The notes under the pieces were generated by a model. It ran no database searches. It was not told where the DNA came from and saw only the letters and a list, made by a program, of their open reading frames with translations. The position numbers and the translations under genes were made by a program. Of a stretch of DNA of 64,000 nucleotides, positions 35,976-45,007 are shown in pieces (position 1 is the stretch's first letter; each line of letters begins with the position of its first letter). The stretch is from contig JAICQL010000009.1 of assembly GCA_025937895.1 (NCBI GenBank), positions 6,896 through 70,895 of the forward strand, written 5' to 3'. This DNA is from Polyangiaceae bacterium (GTDB lineage Bacteria > Myxococcota_A > Polyangia > Polyangiales > Polyangiaceae).

Positions 35976-36686
35976 ATGTTAAGTTACGCACAGATGGGCG
36001 AGCAGAGGTCGGCTCCGCCAGCGGCCGCCCAGGTCGTCGTGGCGAGCCAGCACGCCGAGTGGGCCTCCACGGTCTGCAAGGTGTTCGAGGAGCTGAAGCT
36101 CGACGTCGCCGCCTGCAACGAGGAAGAGATCGGCGAGGTCGTGGGCTTCGGCTTCCAGGGCCTGCTGGTGCTCGTTCAGGGCCCCAAGCGCGAGTCTGCT
36201 GCCGAGCGGGTGAAGGTGCTGCGCCAGAGCGGCAAGCGCTGCCCCGTGCTGATCCTGTGTGCGGACAATGGCCCCGAGGCAGCCGCGGAGCTGCTGGAGG
36301 CAGGCGCGGACGACTACGTGTGTCTGCCCTTCAATGGTCGTGAGCTCGCGGCGCGCGCGCGCGCGTTGATCCGTCGCAGCTCGGATCAGTGGCTCATCCC
36401 GGGCTCGCGCACCGAGGTGCGCATCGACCCGGACAAGCGCATGGTGCAGGTAGGCCCCAAGTCGGTGAAGCTCACGCCGACGGAGTTCGCCATCTTCCAG
36501 TACCTGGCAGAGCGCCCGGGCATCTGGATCTCGAGCGATCGCATCATCAGCGAGGTCATCGGCACGCATCACGCACCCCGCACGGCGCTCGTCCGAGTGC
36601 ACGTGCACCACATCCGGCGCAAGCTGGGCGATTGTGGCTGGTGCGTGCGGGCCGAGCACGGGCGCGGCTACATGCTCAGCGTCTGA
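35976..36686 (+). CDS. OmpR-family winged-helix regulator with a degenerate (pseudo-)receiver domain
   Basis: The C-terminus (LTPTEFAIFQYLAERPG...VHVHHIRRKL...GRGYML) is OmpR/PhoB-like. The receiver-like N-terminus lacks the acidic pocket, the phospho-Asp and the conserved Lys. An alternative ATG is at 35994. Confidence 0.8.
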   Translation: MLSYAQMGEQRSAPPAAAQVVVASQHAEWASTVCKVFEELKLDVAACNEEEIGEVVGFGFQGLLVLVQGPKRESAAERVKVLRQSGKRCPVLILCADNGPEAAAELLEAGADDYVCLPFNGRELAARARALIRRSSDQWLIPGSRTEVRIDPDKRMVQVGPKSVKLTPTEFAIFQYLAERPGIWISSDRIISEVIGTHHAPRTALVRVHVHHIRRKLGDCGWCVRAEHGRGYMLSV

Positions 36687-36887
36687 CGATCTCGCTGCCG
36701 TCCGGCGCTGCGGAGCGCCGGGCGTGACTTCAACCAGCGCCCAGCCCCGTGCTGGGCGCTGCTCATTTTGTGGGCGAACAGCGGGCACATTCTGGTGCTG
36801 GCGAGCGCCCGCTGCGCGCCGAGCCCAATCCCACACGCTCTCCGCCCTCTCCAGCTGACCTCGTGCCAGCCGCTGCGCACGCGGAGC

Positions 36888-38444
36888 TCAGCGGCAGCTG
36901 AGGGTCGTCGCCCACAGCTCGTAGCCGCTCGCGCGCTGCACCAGGAACAGTGACAGCACGCCTTCGTCGACGGTGAGCGCGCTGCCGCCGCCCGCGCTGG
37001 CGCCGGCGGGAGAGAGCGTGCTGGGCTCACCGAGCGCGGCAAAGCCGGCGTCCAGGGTCACCCCGCGCACTTGCCGCAGACCCTGCTCGCCCTCCGTCCA
37101 CTGCAAGAACCAGCGCGCGCCGGGCAGCGCGGTGAGGCTGGGCGCAAAGCTCTCGTGACCGGGAGCCGCCACGACCGGCAGCTCCAGCCGCCGGCTGCGC
37201 CCCTGCCGCGTGCTGCTGGCGAGCTCGATGTGCCAGGGCTGGTGCGAGCTCTCGCGCACGGCTGCTGCCACGAGCGCCACGTCGCCTCGCGTGGCCAGGC
37301 TTGGCAAGCCGAGCTCGCCGCCGCTGAAAGGCAGCTCGCGCAGTGCCGAGCGCTCGCCGCGTTCGGGCTGCAGCCAGCCCAGCACCAGCTTGCCCTGGCG
37401 CCCGCCTCGCCGCACCACCAGCGCCAGCTGTCCGGCGTCTTGCCACTCCAGGCGCGCGCGGCTGAGCTCTTCATCGGCGGCGAGCGGCCAGAGCGCGTGC
37501 TCGCGCTGGCTGCCGCGCTCGATCAGGTGCAGCGCGCGATTGGTGCGCGCCAGCGCCAGCTCCGGGCGATCCGGCAAGGTGCGCCATTCGCGGAAGCCGC
37601 CGACCGTGGCGCGATCGACGACGAAGCTGGAGCTCGTGCTGGGCTGTGGCACCACGCCGAGCAGTTCGCGAGCGCCGCTGTCTCGCAGCAGCTCGGTGCT
37701 GGCCAGGGTGGTGGCGTTGAGGCGGACGCCGAGCGCGGTGCCGTTGCTGGTGGCAAGCCCGACCAGCACTTCCACCCCACCCGGCAGCGGGCGCGCCTCG
37801 AGCCCGAACGTGGAGGAGACACCGCGCAGCAACTGGACGGGCTCGCGCTGGCGCGCACAGGGCTCGCGCAGGGCAACGGGCGCCGCCGGTGCTGCCACGG
37901 GCGCAGCGACAGGCGCGCGCCGGCGAGCGGGCGGCGGCTCGGCGCGCTCTGCACCGCGCACCAGCAGCGCGACCAGCACCGCGGCACCAAAGCCCAGCAG
38001 TGCGGAGCTCAGCGCGAGCAATCCCCAGCGCTGGCGCAGCAGCTCACCCGCGCCGCTCAGCTCGCGCAGCCAGTCGGACAGCGCCGGCTCGGCGCGCGGA
38101 GCCCCGGCCTTGCGCTGTGCTCGAGCGGGATCAGCCTTGCTGCCAGGGGGCGCCGCGACGTCGCTCGCCGCAGCCAGTGCGGGCGCAGGGTCGGGGGGGA
38201 CGGCGGGCTCCAGCGGAGGCAGGGGCACGGTTGCGCGAGCAGCCGCGGGGGGCGGAGCGGGTCGGGGCGGTGGCGGCTCCAGGCCCTCGATGCGCGTGGC
38301 CTGGAACTGGCGCCCTTGCTCGGCGGGCGGCTGTCGGGGCTTGGTCGGTGGCGCGAGCGGCGACACCTCCGGAGGCATGGACGTGCCGTCTGGATCGACT
38401 CGCACCTGGTCGAGGGGAAACCCCAGCAACTTCTGCAGATCCAT
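36888..38444 (-). CDS. Hypothetical single-pass membrane protein (Pro-rich cytoplasmic N-terminus, large extracytoplasmic domain)
   Basis: 518 aa. TM segment: WGLLALSSALLGFGAAVLVALLV. GC3 is high. Confidence 0.6.
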   Translation of the reverse strand: MDLQKLLGFPLDQVRVDPDGTSMPPEVSPLAPPTKPRQPPAEQGRQFQATRIEGLEPPPPRPAPPPAAARATVPLPPLEPAVPPDPAPALAAASDVAAPPGSKADPARAQRKAGAPRAEPALSDWLRELSGAGELLRQRWGLLALSSALLGFGAAVLVALLVRGAERAEPPPARRRAPVAAPVAAPAAPVALREPCARQREPVQLLRGVSSTFGLEARPLPGGVEVLVGLATSNGTALGVRLNATTLASTELLRDSGARELLGVVPQPSTSSSFVVDRATVGGFREWRTLPDRPELALARTNRALHLIERGSQREHALWPLAADEELSRARLEWQDAGQLALVVRRGGRQGKLVLGWLQPERGERSALRELPFSGGELGLPSLATRGDVALVAAAVRESSHQPWHIELASSTRQGRSRRLELPVVAAPGHESFAPSLTALPGARWFLQWTEGEQGLRQVRGVTLDAGFAALGEPSTLSPAGASAGGGSALTVDEGVLSLFLVQRASGYELWATTLSCR

Positions 38445-38611
38445 CCCTGTCCCCGAGCCCCAGAACGGCTGCTGGAGGCCGACACAAAGTCGACACGACC
38501 CGATCCGGAACGCTGCCTGACGAGGAGCCGTGCAACAGCCGTTGCTCTGGCCGGAAGCGCTGTCTTTTTACCGTGCTGACCCGCGCTGTTGGAGCCGTTC
38601 AGAAGGTCGAC

Positions 38612-40018
38612 ATGTCGAGTGCTCCGCGCTGGCACATCCACGGTCTGCTCTGCGCTCTCGCGCTGCTGGTGAGCACCGCGCTGGTGCAGGCGGCGCCGGC
38701 CGCAACGGGGGCAACGCCGCCGGGCGCCAAGGTCAGCGAGGGCCAGCTGCTGGCAGAGGACAAGGCGTTCGTGGCAGGGCCCGAGGGCGCCACGTTGCTG
38801 CTCGTGGAGGGCGCGCGCCTACAGCTCGAGCCGGGCACGAGGCTGCGCTTCGGGCGCACCTTCAAGCTGCCCATGGGGCCCGGCGCAGACTCTGCCATCC
38901 CCACGCGGGTGCTGATGCTGGAGGCGGGCTGGATGGGGGCGACGTTGACCGCCGAGAAGTTCGCGCTGTTCGTGGAGACGCCGCGCAAGCTGCGCTCTCT
39001 GCTGCTGGGCGGTGAGATGACGGCCATCGCGCGCGAGGTGCGCTCGACGGTGGCGGCCGCCACCGGCAAGGTGCTGGTCGCGCTGGACGACGGCTGGAAG
39101 TGGAAGCGCCTGGGCGAGGGCTCGATGCAGATCGTGAGCGACGTGCGCCCGGACGGCTACCGGCGCTCGGTCTTGCCGGCGAGCGCGCCGCCCGTGCTGT
39201 CGAGGAGCTTGATGCTGTCGGGTGCGGGCGCGGACTCCTCCACGATCCTGGCCTGGCCGGCGCTGCCGGGCGCCGTGGGCTACGAGGTGCAGCTGCGTTC
39301 GGGAGACAGCCTGGTGCGCAGCGAGCGCACGAAGGAGCCGCGCTCGACGGTGGCGGAGCTGGCGCCGGGCCAATATCAGGTGCTGGTGCGAGGCGTGGAT
39401 GACTCCGGCATTTTTGGCTCGCTCTCGGCGCCTGCGGCACTGAACGTGGTCGGGCTGGAGGTGCCGAAGACCGCGAGCCGCAGCTCGACGGGTGCCGTTC
39501 GCCTGCAGGCGAACCAGCGGGTCACGCTGATCGGCGCGGAGGGCCTGGAGGTGGCGTACCTCGGCCTGGATGAGTTCTTGCCCGCGCCGAAGAGCGTGGG
39601 GCTGGTGGCGCGACGACCCATCTCGCTCGTGCTGCGGCACCCGGAGAGCGGCGAGACGGTGCGGCTCGATCTGGAGCCGCTGACCGTGCGCGCGCAGGTG
39701 CAGTTTGCGCGGCATCCGCACAGCTGGCCGCAGGACGGCCTGGAGATCGCCGTGAAGCTCAGCGACGAGCAGGGCGATCGGGTGCCCGAGAACTTCGCGG
39801 TGACGTGCAAGGTGACCGTCAACATCCAGCCGGTGGAGCCCAGCTGGGAGCGCAGCGGCTCCGTGCTGCGCACTCGTCTGGCGCGCCCGCCGGGAGCGGG
39901 GCCCTGGATGGTCCGGGTGGACGTGCTGGACGAGAACGGCGCCTCGCTGGGCATGGACTTCTCCGAGGTCGGCTACGAGGCGGCCAGCGCGCGCGCGCAC
40001 ATGCCCGCGCGGCGCTGA
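38612..40018 (+). CDS. Secreted hypothetical protein
   Basis: This is an internal ATG of ORF 37889..40018. The signal peptide is MSSAPRWHIHGLLCALALLVSTALVQA. It has an Ig/FN3-like stretch (ILAWPALPGAVGYEVQLRSGD...). Confidence 0.6.
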   Translation: MSSAPRWHIHGLLCALALLVSTALVQAAPAATGATPPGAKVSEGQLLAEDKAFVAGPEGATLLLVEGARLQLEPGTRLRFGRTFKLPMGPGADSAIPTRVLMLEAGWMGATLTAEKFALFVETPRKLRSLLLGGEMTAIAREVRSTVAAATGKVLVALDDGWKWKRLGEGSMQIVSDVRPDGYRRSVLPASAPPVLSRSLMLSGAGADSSTILAWPALPGAVGYEVQLRSGDSLVRSERTKEPRSTVAELAPGQYQVLVRGVDDSGIFGSLSAPAALNVVGLEVPKTASRSSTGAVRLQANQRVTLIGAEGLEVAYLGLDEFLPAPKSVGLVARRPISLVLRHPESGETVRLDLEPLTVRAQVQFARHPHSWPQDGLEIAVKLSDEQGDRVPENFAVTCKVTVNIQPVEPSWERSGSVLRTRLARPPGAGPWMVRVDVLDENGASLGMDFSEVGYEAASARAHMPARR

Positions 40019-40116
40019 CTCGCGGCGCGCCCGTGAGCGAACGCGCCACGAAGGCGCGGCGCTACGGGTCGGGCGACCCTTGCGTTTGAGCAGCAGGCGC
40101 GCCATGCCTGGCGGGC

Positions 40117-40812
40117 ATGTCGGCGAAGGGTCGGATTCTGAGGCTGCTGAGCAAGCTGGTGCTCGCCGAGGCGGAGCTGGTGTCGGTGCGCGTGCTGGCC
40201 AGCAACCTGTGGCTGCTCGAGCTCCAGGCGGCGAGTGGCTCGGGCGGTAGCTGGCAGCCCGGAGACAAGCTGCAGGTGCTGCTGCCGGACGATGAGGTGC
40301 GCACCTTCACTCCGCTCAGCTGGGGCCCGGACGGGGCCAGCGCCTTGCTCGTGTACGGACATGGGGACGGCCCGGTGTCGCGCTGGGCGCCGCTGCTCGA
40401 GGCAGGGCAGCGGCTGCGCTTCGTCGGCCCGCAGCGCTCGCTGGTGATGCCCGATGGCGCGCTCACCTTGTTCGGCGACGAGACGTCGCTGGCCGTTGCC
40501 GCGAGCTACGCGCGGGCGCGGCCCGGCGCCGTGCGCGCCGTGTTCGAGGTTGCAGCGGGGCTCTCGCTCGAGGGAGCGCTCGCCGCCATCGGCCTTGCTC
40601 GAGCTCAGGTGGTGTATCGCGAGCCCGGAGCGCCGCGCGGCCTCGCTCTGGAGAGGGCGCTGGAAACAGCCCTGGGCGAGGTGCGTGGCGCCGTGGGCAT
40701 CACCGGCGGCTCCGAGCTGATCCAGCGCGTGCGGGCCCGGCTACGTGAGCGCGGGCCGCTCGACATCAAGACGAAGACATACTGGGTGCCGGGGCGAGCC
40801 GGCCTCGATTGA
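40117..40812 (+). CDS. Siderophore-interacting/ferredoxin-reductase-type FAD-binding protein-like
   Basis: 231 aa: ...GDKLQVLLPDDEVRTFTP...RLRFVGPQRS...LFGDETSLAV... The assignment is by pattern only. Confidence 0.55.
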   Translation: MSAKGRILRLLSKLVLAEAELVSVRVLASNLWLLELQAASGSGGSWQPGDKLQVLLPDDEVRTFTPLSWGPDGASALLVYGHGDGPVSRWAPLLEAGQRLRFVGPQRSLVMPDGALTLFGDETSLAVAASYARARPGAVRAVFEVAAGLSLEGALAAIGLARAQVVYREPGAPRGLALERALETALGEVRGAVGITGGSELIQRVRARLRERGPLDIKTKTYWVPGRAGLD

Positions 40813-41003
40813 GGGCGCCTCGGCGAGCTGGAAGAATACGCTTGCTGGCCGTCCCAGATGGGACGACCGGCAAGCGGGGCTCTGAAGCAAGCTCACTCTG
40901 GCGCGTGGCCCACCGCTGGTCGAATAGATAAAGCGGCGCAAACCATAGACCAGACCTATAGGTCTGAGAGCTCGTTCACTCTTTCGTGCGGGCCGCGCTC
41001 TGC

Positions 41004-41903
41004 TCAGCGGTCGAGCAGGTCGTGCGCCGCCTCGGCGATGGCCTGCACTCCCGCATGGCGGATGCGGCGCTCGCTCGTGATGGCGTAGAAGCGCTCGCGC
41101 AGCCCGTCAGGCTCGCCAATGCTGACGACGCCGTATTGTGCGCGGAGCTGAGCGGCCACCACCGTGGGAGCGGCGAAAACGCCCAGGCCGACCTGGCCAA
41201 AGGTCTTGAGCAGCGCGCTGTCGTCGAACTCACCGAGCATGCGCGGGCGAATGCCACGACTCGAGAACCAGTGATCGAGCGCCCGGCGCAGCGCGGTGTG
41301 CTCCGCTGGGAAGAGGAAGGGATGGCGGTCGAGAGACGCCGGAAAGTTCCGCCGCGCGCGCGCGGCCTGGGCTTCAGTCACGAAGAAGGACACGCGGCTC
41401 TCGCCGAGCAGGTGGTTGAAGGCCTTGATGTTGTGCGAGGGGCCGATCGGCGAGTCTGCCAGCACCAGATCGAGCCGCTGCGCTGCCAGCTCATCGAGCA
41501 GCCGCTGGTAGCGGTCTTGCCGGCAGATCAGGCGTACGGGGTCGCTTTGCCGCAGCGCGGGCTCGAGGAAGCGATGGACGAGCAGCTTGGGCAAGGCATC
41601 GGCCACGCCCACCACCAGGCGCTGGCCGCGCGCAGAGGGCTGCTCGCGAACGAGATCGAGCAACTCGTCACCCAGGCTGAAGATCTCGCTGGCATAACGC
41701 TGCACCATGGCGCCCAGCTCGGTCAGCTCCAGCCGGCGCCCCTCGCGCCGGAACAGCGGGGCGCCGAAGCTCTCCTCCAGCTGCCGGAGCTGCGCGCTCA
41801 CTGTGGGCTGCGCCAGGCGTAGCCGGCGCGCCGCCGCAGCGACGCCGCCCTCCCGCACGACGTGGTGGAAGTAAAACAGGTGGTGATAGTTCAGCCACTC
41901 CAC
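41004..41903 (-). CDS. LysR-family transcriptional regulator (NhaR-like)
   Basis: A GTG start gives VEWLNYHHLFYFHHVVREGGVAAAARRLRLAQPTVSAQLRQLE... The 547-aa track ORF is a 5' over-extension. Confidence 0.85.
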   Translation of the reverse strand: MEWLNYHHLFYFHHVVREGGVAAAARRLRLAQPTVSAQLRQLEESFGAPLFRREGRRLELTELGAMVQRYASEIFSLGDELLDLVREQPSARGQRLVVGVADALPKLLVHRFLEPALRQSDPVRLICRQDRYQRLLDELAAQRLDLVLADSPIGPSHNIKAFNHLLGESRVSFFVTEAQAARARRNFPASLDRHPFLFPAEHTALRRALDHWFSSRGIRPRMLGEFDDSALLKTFGQVGLGVFAAPTVVAAQLRAQYGVVSIGEPDGLRERFYAITSERRIRHAGVQAIAEAAHDLLDR

Positions 41904-42026
41904 TCGGTTTGCTCGGCTCGGTTGCTCGGCTCGCTTCAGCTCGGTTGCTCGGCTCGCTCGCTCGCTCGCGGGTGCCGGAAAGTAGCATGAGGCCCGGCAG
42001 GGCAGTAGCAGCGCCGCCGGCGGTAC

Positions 42027-42041
42027 ATAGAAATAATCTAT
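42027..42041. promoter_or_regulatory. Candidate LTTR box ATAGA-N5-TCTAT (T-N11-A)
   Basis: An AT-rich dyad in the LysR/carbonic anhydrase divergent intergenic region, read directly. Confidence 0.4.
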
Positions 42042-42146
42042 GCAGGTCATGATACTTCCTTGCTTTGCCTTCCTGCGCCAGCGCCTAGAGTAACGGGCCA
42101 GCGGCGCGCGAGGCGCTGCCGGCCCTCGTTTCACCGGAGACCGCCC

Positions 42147-42830
42147 ATGCGTACCCAGACCAGAGACATCCAGGCGCGGCTCAGCCCTCGCAAGGCCTTC
42201 GACATCCTGGCCGACGGCAACCGGAGGTTCGTGAGCAATCTGCGCTTCAACCGCAACCTCTTGCAGCAGGTCAACGAGACCTCGGCAGCGCAGTACCCGT
42301 TCGCCATCGTGCTGAGCTGCATCGACTCGCGCACCTCGGCCGAGCTGATCTTCGATCAGGGGCTGGGCGATATCTTCAGCGTGCGGATCGCCGGCAACGT
42401 GCTCAACGAGGACGTGCTGGGCAGCATGGAGTTCGCCTGCCAGGTGGCGGGCTCGAAGCTGATCGTGGTGCTCGGCCACACGCGCTGCGGCGCCGTGAAG
42501 GGCGCCTGCACCGATGTGAAGCTGGGGCACCTCACCGGGCTGCTCGGCAAGATAGCGCCCGCTCGGCGCGAGGTGGAGCAAGCAGGCGGGCGAAAGCTCG
42601 CGCCGGAGCAGTTCGTGGAGCAGGTGGCAGTGGAGAACACCCGCCATCAGCTGCGCGCCATCCTGGAGCGCAGCCCGTGCCTGGCGGCGCTGTTTCAGGA
42701 GGGGCGCATCGGTCTGGTGGGCGGAATCTACTCCGTCGAGTCAGGCGAGGTGAGCTTCTTCGAGCAGCGCTTCAACGAGGCGCACGAGCAGGCAAGGTCG
42801 CGAGACGCAGTATCGCCAGCCGCCCTCTAG
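42147..42830 (+). CDS. Beta-class carbonic anhydrase
   Basis: LSCIDSRTSAELIFDQGLGDIFSVRIAGN...VLGHTRCGAVKGAC; GGAGA lies upstream of ATG 42147. Confidence 0.9.
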   Translation: MRTQTRDIQARLSPRKAFDILADGNRRFVSNLRFNRNLLQQVNETSAAQYPFAIVLSCIDSRTSAELIFDQGLGDIFSVRIAGNVLNEDVLGSMEFACQVAGSKLIVVLGHTRCGAVKGACTDVKLGHLTGLLGKIAPARREVEQAGGRKLAPEQFVEQVAVENTRHQLRAILERSPCLAALFQEGRIGLVGGIYSVESGEVSFFEQRFNEAHEQARSRDAVSPAAL

Positions 42831-42832
42831 CT

Positions 42833-42874
42833 GCGGCAGTGTCACAGCGGCAGTGTCACAGCGGCAGTGTCACA
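42833..42874. repeat. Perfect tandem repeat, 3 x 14 bp (GCGGCAGTGTCACA)
   Basis: Read directly. It starts 3 nt after the carbonic anhydrase stop, between convergent genes. Confidence 0.9.
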
Positions 42875-42911
42875 GGTGGCAGCCGGCGCCTGAAGCTGCT
42901 GGCGCAGCGGC

Positions 42912-43877
42912 TCACCAGATGACGCTGACCGTGGGCGGCTGGATCTCCAGCTCGACCCGCGCCAGATCGACGTGTACCGGCAGCACGGCGGAGCCGTGGC
43001 GCTGCTCGCGCAGCTCCTCCGGAGCCGCAGCGATGTCGACTCGAGGCACCACCATCTCGTCGCGCAGGCCGTTGATCACCTCGGGCGGGCCCGTCACCGT
43101 GACGTCCACGGCGTCCGGCTCCGTCTTGAAACGCCCGGGCCCGATCACGACCACGTCTCGCTTGGCAAACTTGCGCTGTACCAGCTGCCGCGCGATCGTC
43201 ACCTCCACGATGGCGCTGTCCGGGCCCAGGTACGAGAGCAGCTGCCCCGGGGGATCGAGCTTGAGGCGGTGCCGATACACGCCATCCGTCTTGCCGGAGA
43301 CGTCGAAGGCGGCGACGCGCACGAACTGCATGACCTCGACCTGGCTGGCGGGGCCAGAGACGAGGATGCTGGTGGGATCCACCCGCACGTTCTGTACGGT
43401 GTAGCCGCTCGCCACGGGCCCGGTGACGGAGGCCTGGATGGGCACGCTGCGCTCCACCACGTCCTGCCACTCCAGCGGAATGCTGGCCGGATCGATGATG
43501 TTGACCTTGACCCCGGGCGGCATCGCAAACATCTCTGCCTCGAAGCGGATGGCGGGCGCGTCCCCGCGCCGCAGGTCCACCTCGATGGGCGGCACGCCGG
43601 ACTGGATCAGCTGATCGAGCGCGCGCGCGCTGCCGCGCACGGTGACGTGGATGTAGGGGGGCACCTGCGTCATCAGCTCACGGTGCGCCTCGCTCGCCGG
43701 CAGCCGCACGATCAGGTCCACCGGCAACGTGCGCTGCTGCTCGTTCTCCGAGCCGCGCTGGTAGGCGGTGAGCACCAGCGCCAGCACCAGGCTCAGCGCC
43801 TTGAGCCCCAGGTTCTCGCTCATGGCAGCGCGCACCCAGCGAAGCATGCGATTCATCAGGCTGCTGCGGCCTCTCAT
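42912..43877 (-). CDS. cdaR: YbbR-domain protein (CdaR-like regulator of CdaA)
   Basis: N-terminal TM segment plus repeated YbbR-like modules. Its start overlaps the cdaA stop. Confidence 0.8.
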   Translation of the reverse strand: MRGRSSLMNRMLRWVRAAMSENLGLKALSLVLALVLTAYQRGSENEQQRTLPVDLIVRLPASEAHRELMTQVPPYIHVTVRGSARALDQLIQSGVPPIEVDLRRGDAPAIRFEAEMFAMPPGVKVNIIDPASIPLEWQDVVERSVPIQASVTGPVASGYTVQNVRVDPTSILVSGPASQVEVMQFVRVAAFDVSGKTDGVYRHRLKLDPPGQLLSYLGPDSAIVEVTIARQLVQRKFAKRDVVVIGPGRFKTEPDAVDVTVTGPPEVINGLRDEMVVPRVDIAAAPEELREQRHGSAVLPVHVDLARVELEIQPPTVSVIW

Positions 43878-45007
43878 GTCGACTCATCCGGGGCACGGGG
43901 CGGGAGCGAGGAGACCTGGATGTTGGGGTTGCTCTTGCTGCCGTCGCCCGTCTTGACGGCAGCCTTGCGCAGCGGCTTGGTGGGAGCAGGGGCCGGCGCG
44001 CCGTCAGGCCCCACTGCGGGTGGAATGCCAGAGGGCATGGCCGCCGGCATGCCGGAGGGGATGCCCGAGGGGATCGTGGCGCGAATCCGCACCGAGCCTG
44101 GCGCCTCGCTGGGTGTGGGCTCTTTCGCCGCGGCGCGCTCCAGCCCGGCGCGCCGCCGCAGCAACTGGGAGGGCAACATCGACCACAGGCGCTCCCCTGC
44201 GCCGGGCCGCTTGGTGGCCTTCTTCGGCGAGAAGATGCCCTCCAGCGCGGCGCGCAGGCGCGGGCCGTCCAGGTCCGAGACGATGTTGCCGTTGAAGCAG
44301 AAGCTGACCGAGCCGCGCTCCTCGCTGACCACGACCAGCACCGCGTCCGTCTCCTCGGTGATGCCGAGCGCGGCGCGGTGGCGCGAGCCGAAGCTCTCGT
44401 CGATCACCCGGCCCTGTGTGAAGGGGAAGAACACGCCGGCCTTGGCGATGCGCAGGTCGCGGATGATCACCGCGCCGTCGTGCAGCTTGTTCATGGCCTC
44501 GGGGACGAACAGCGAGACCAGGAGCTGGCTGGAGACGGCGCCGTCGATCTCCGTGCCCTTGTGGGAGCCCACGAACTCATCCAGGTTGGCGTCCTGCTCG
44601 AAGGCGATGATCGCGCCGATGCGGTGGCGCGCCAGCTCCGTCGCGGCGGCGATCACCTCGTCGATGACCCGCTGCTCCTGGTAGCGGCCGGTGCCGATCA
44701 GCGCGCCGCTGCCCATGCGCATCAGACCGCGGCGAATGTCTTCCTGGAAGACGACCACGATGATCAAGATCGCGCTCGGCAGCACCGTGCCCAGGATCGT
44801 GAACAGCGTGCCCAGCTCGAAGTACTTGGACACGCCGTACAGCACGAGCAAAAATGCCAGGCCCAGCCCGATCTGCACGGCGCGCGTGCCGCGCAGCACC
44901 AGCGAGACGCGGTAGATGAGGTAGTAGGTGATGAGCAGATCGGCGGCGTCGCGCAGCAGCTCGGTCAAGGCGCGCTGCAGGACGTGGCTGAAGAGCTCCT
45001 CCATCAT
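43874..45007 (-). CDS. cdaA: Diadenylate cyclase CdaA (DisA_N domain) with a long Pro/Gly/Met-rich C-terminal tail
   Basis: 3 TM segments, then ...HRIGAIIAFEQD...DGAVII...GSRHRAALGITEETDAVLVVVSEERGSVS. The tail reads ...IPSGIPSGMPAAMPSGIPPAVGPDGAPAPAP... Confidence 0.9.
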   Translation of the reverse strand: MMEELFSHVLQRALTELLRDAADLLITYYLIYRVSLVLRGTRAVQIGLGLAFLLVLYGVSKYFELGTLFTILGTVLPSAILIIVVVFQEDIRRGLMRMGSGALIGTGRYQEQRVIDEVIAAATELARHRIGAIIAFEQDANLDEFVGSHKGTEIDGAVSSQLLVSLFVPEAMNKLHDGAVIIRDLRIAKAGVFFPFTQGRVIDESFGSRHRAALGITEETDAVLVVVSEERGSVSFCFNGNIVSDLDGPRLRAALEGIFSPKKATKRPGAGERLWSMLPSQLLRRRAGLERAAAKEPTPSEAPGSVRIRATIPSGIPSGMPAAMPSGIPPAVGPDGAPAPAPTKPLRKAAVKTGDGSKSNPNIQVSSLPPRAPDEST

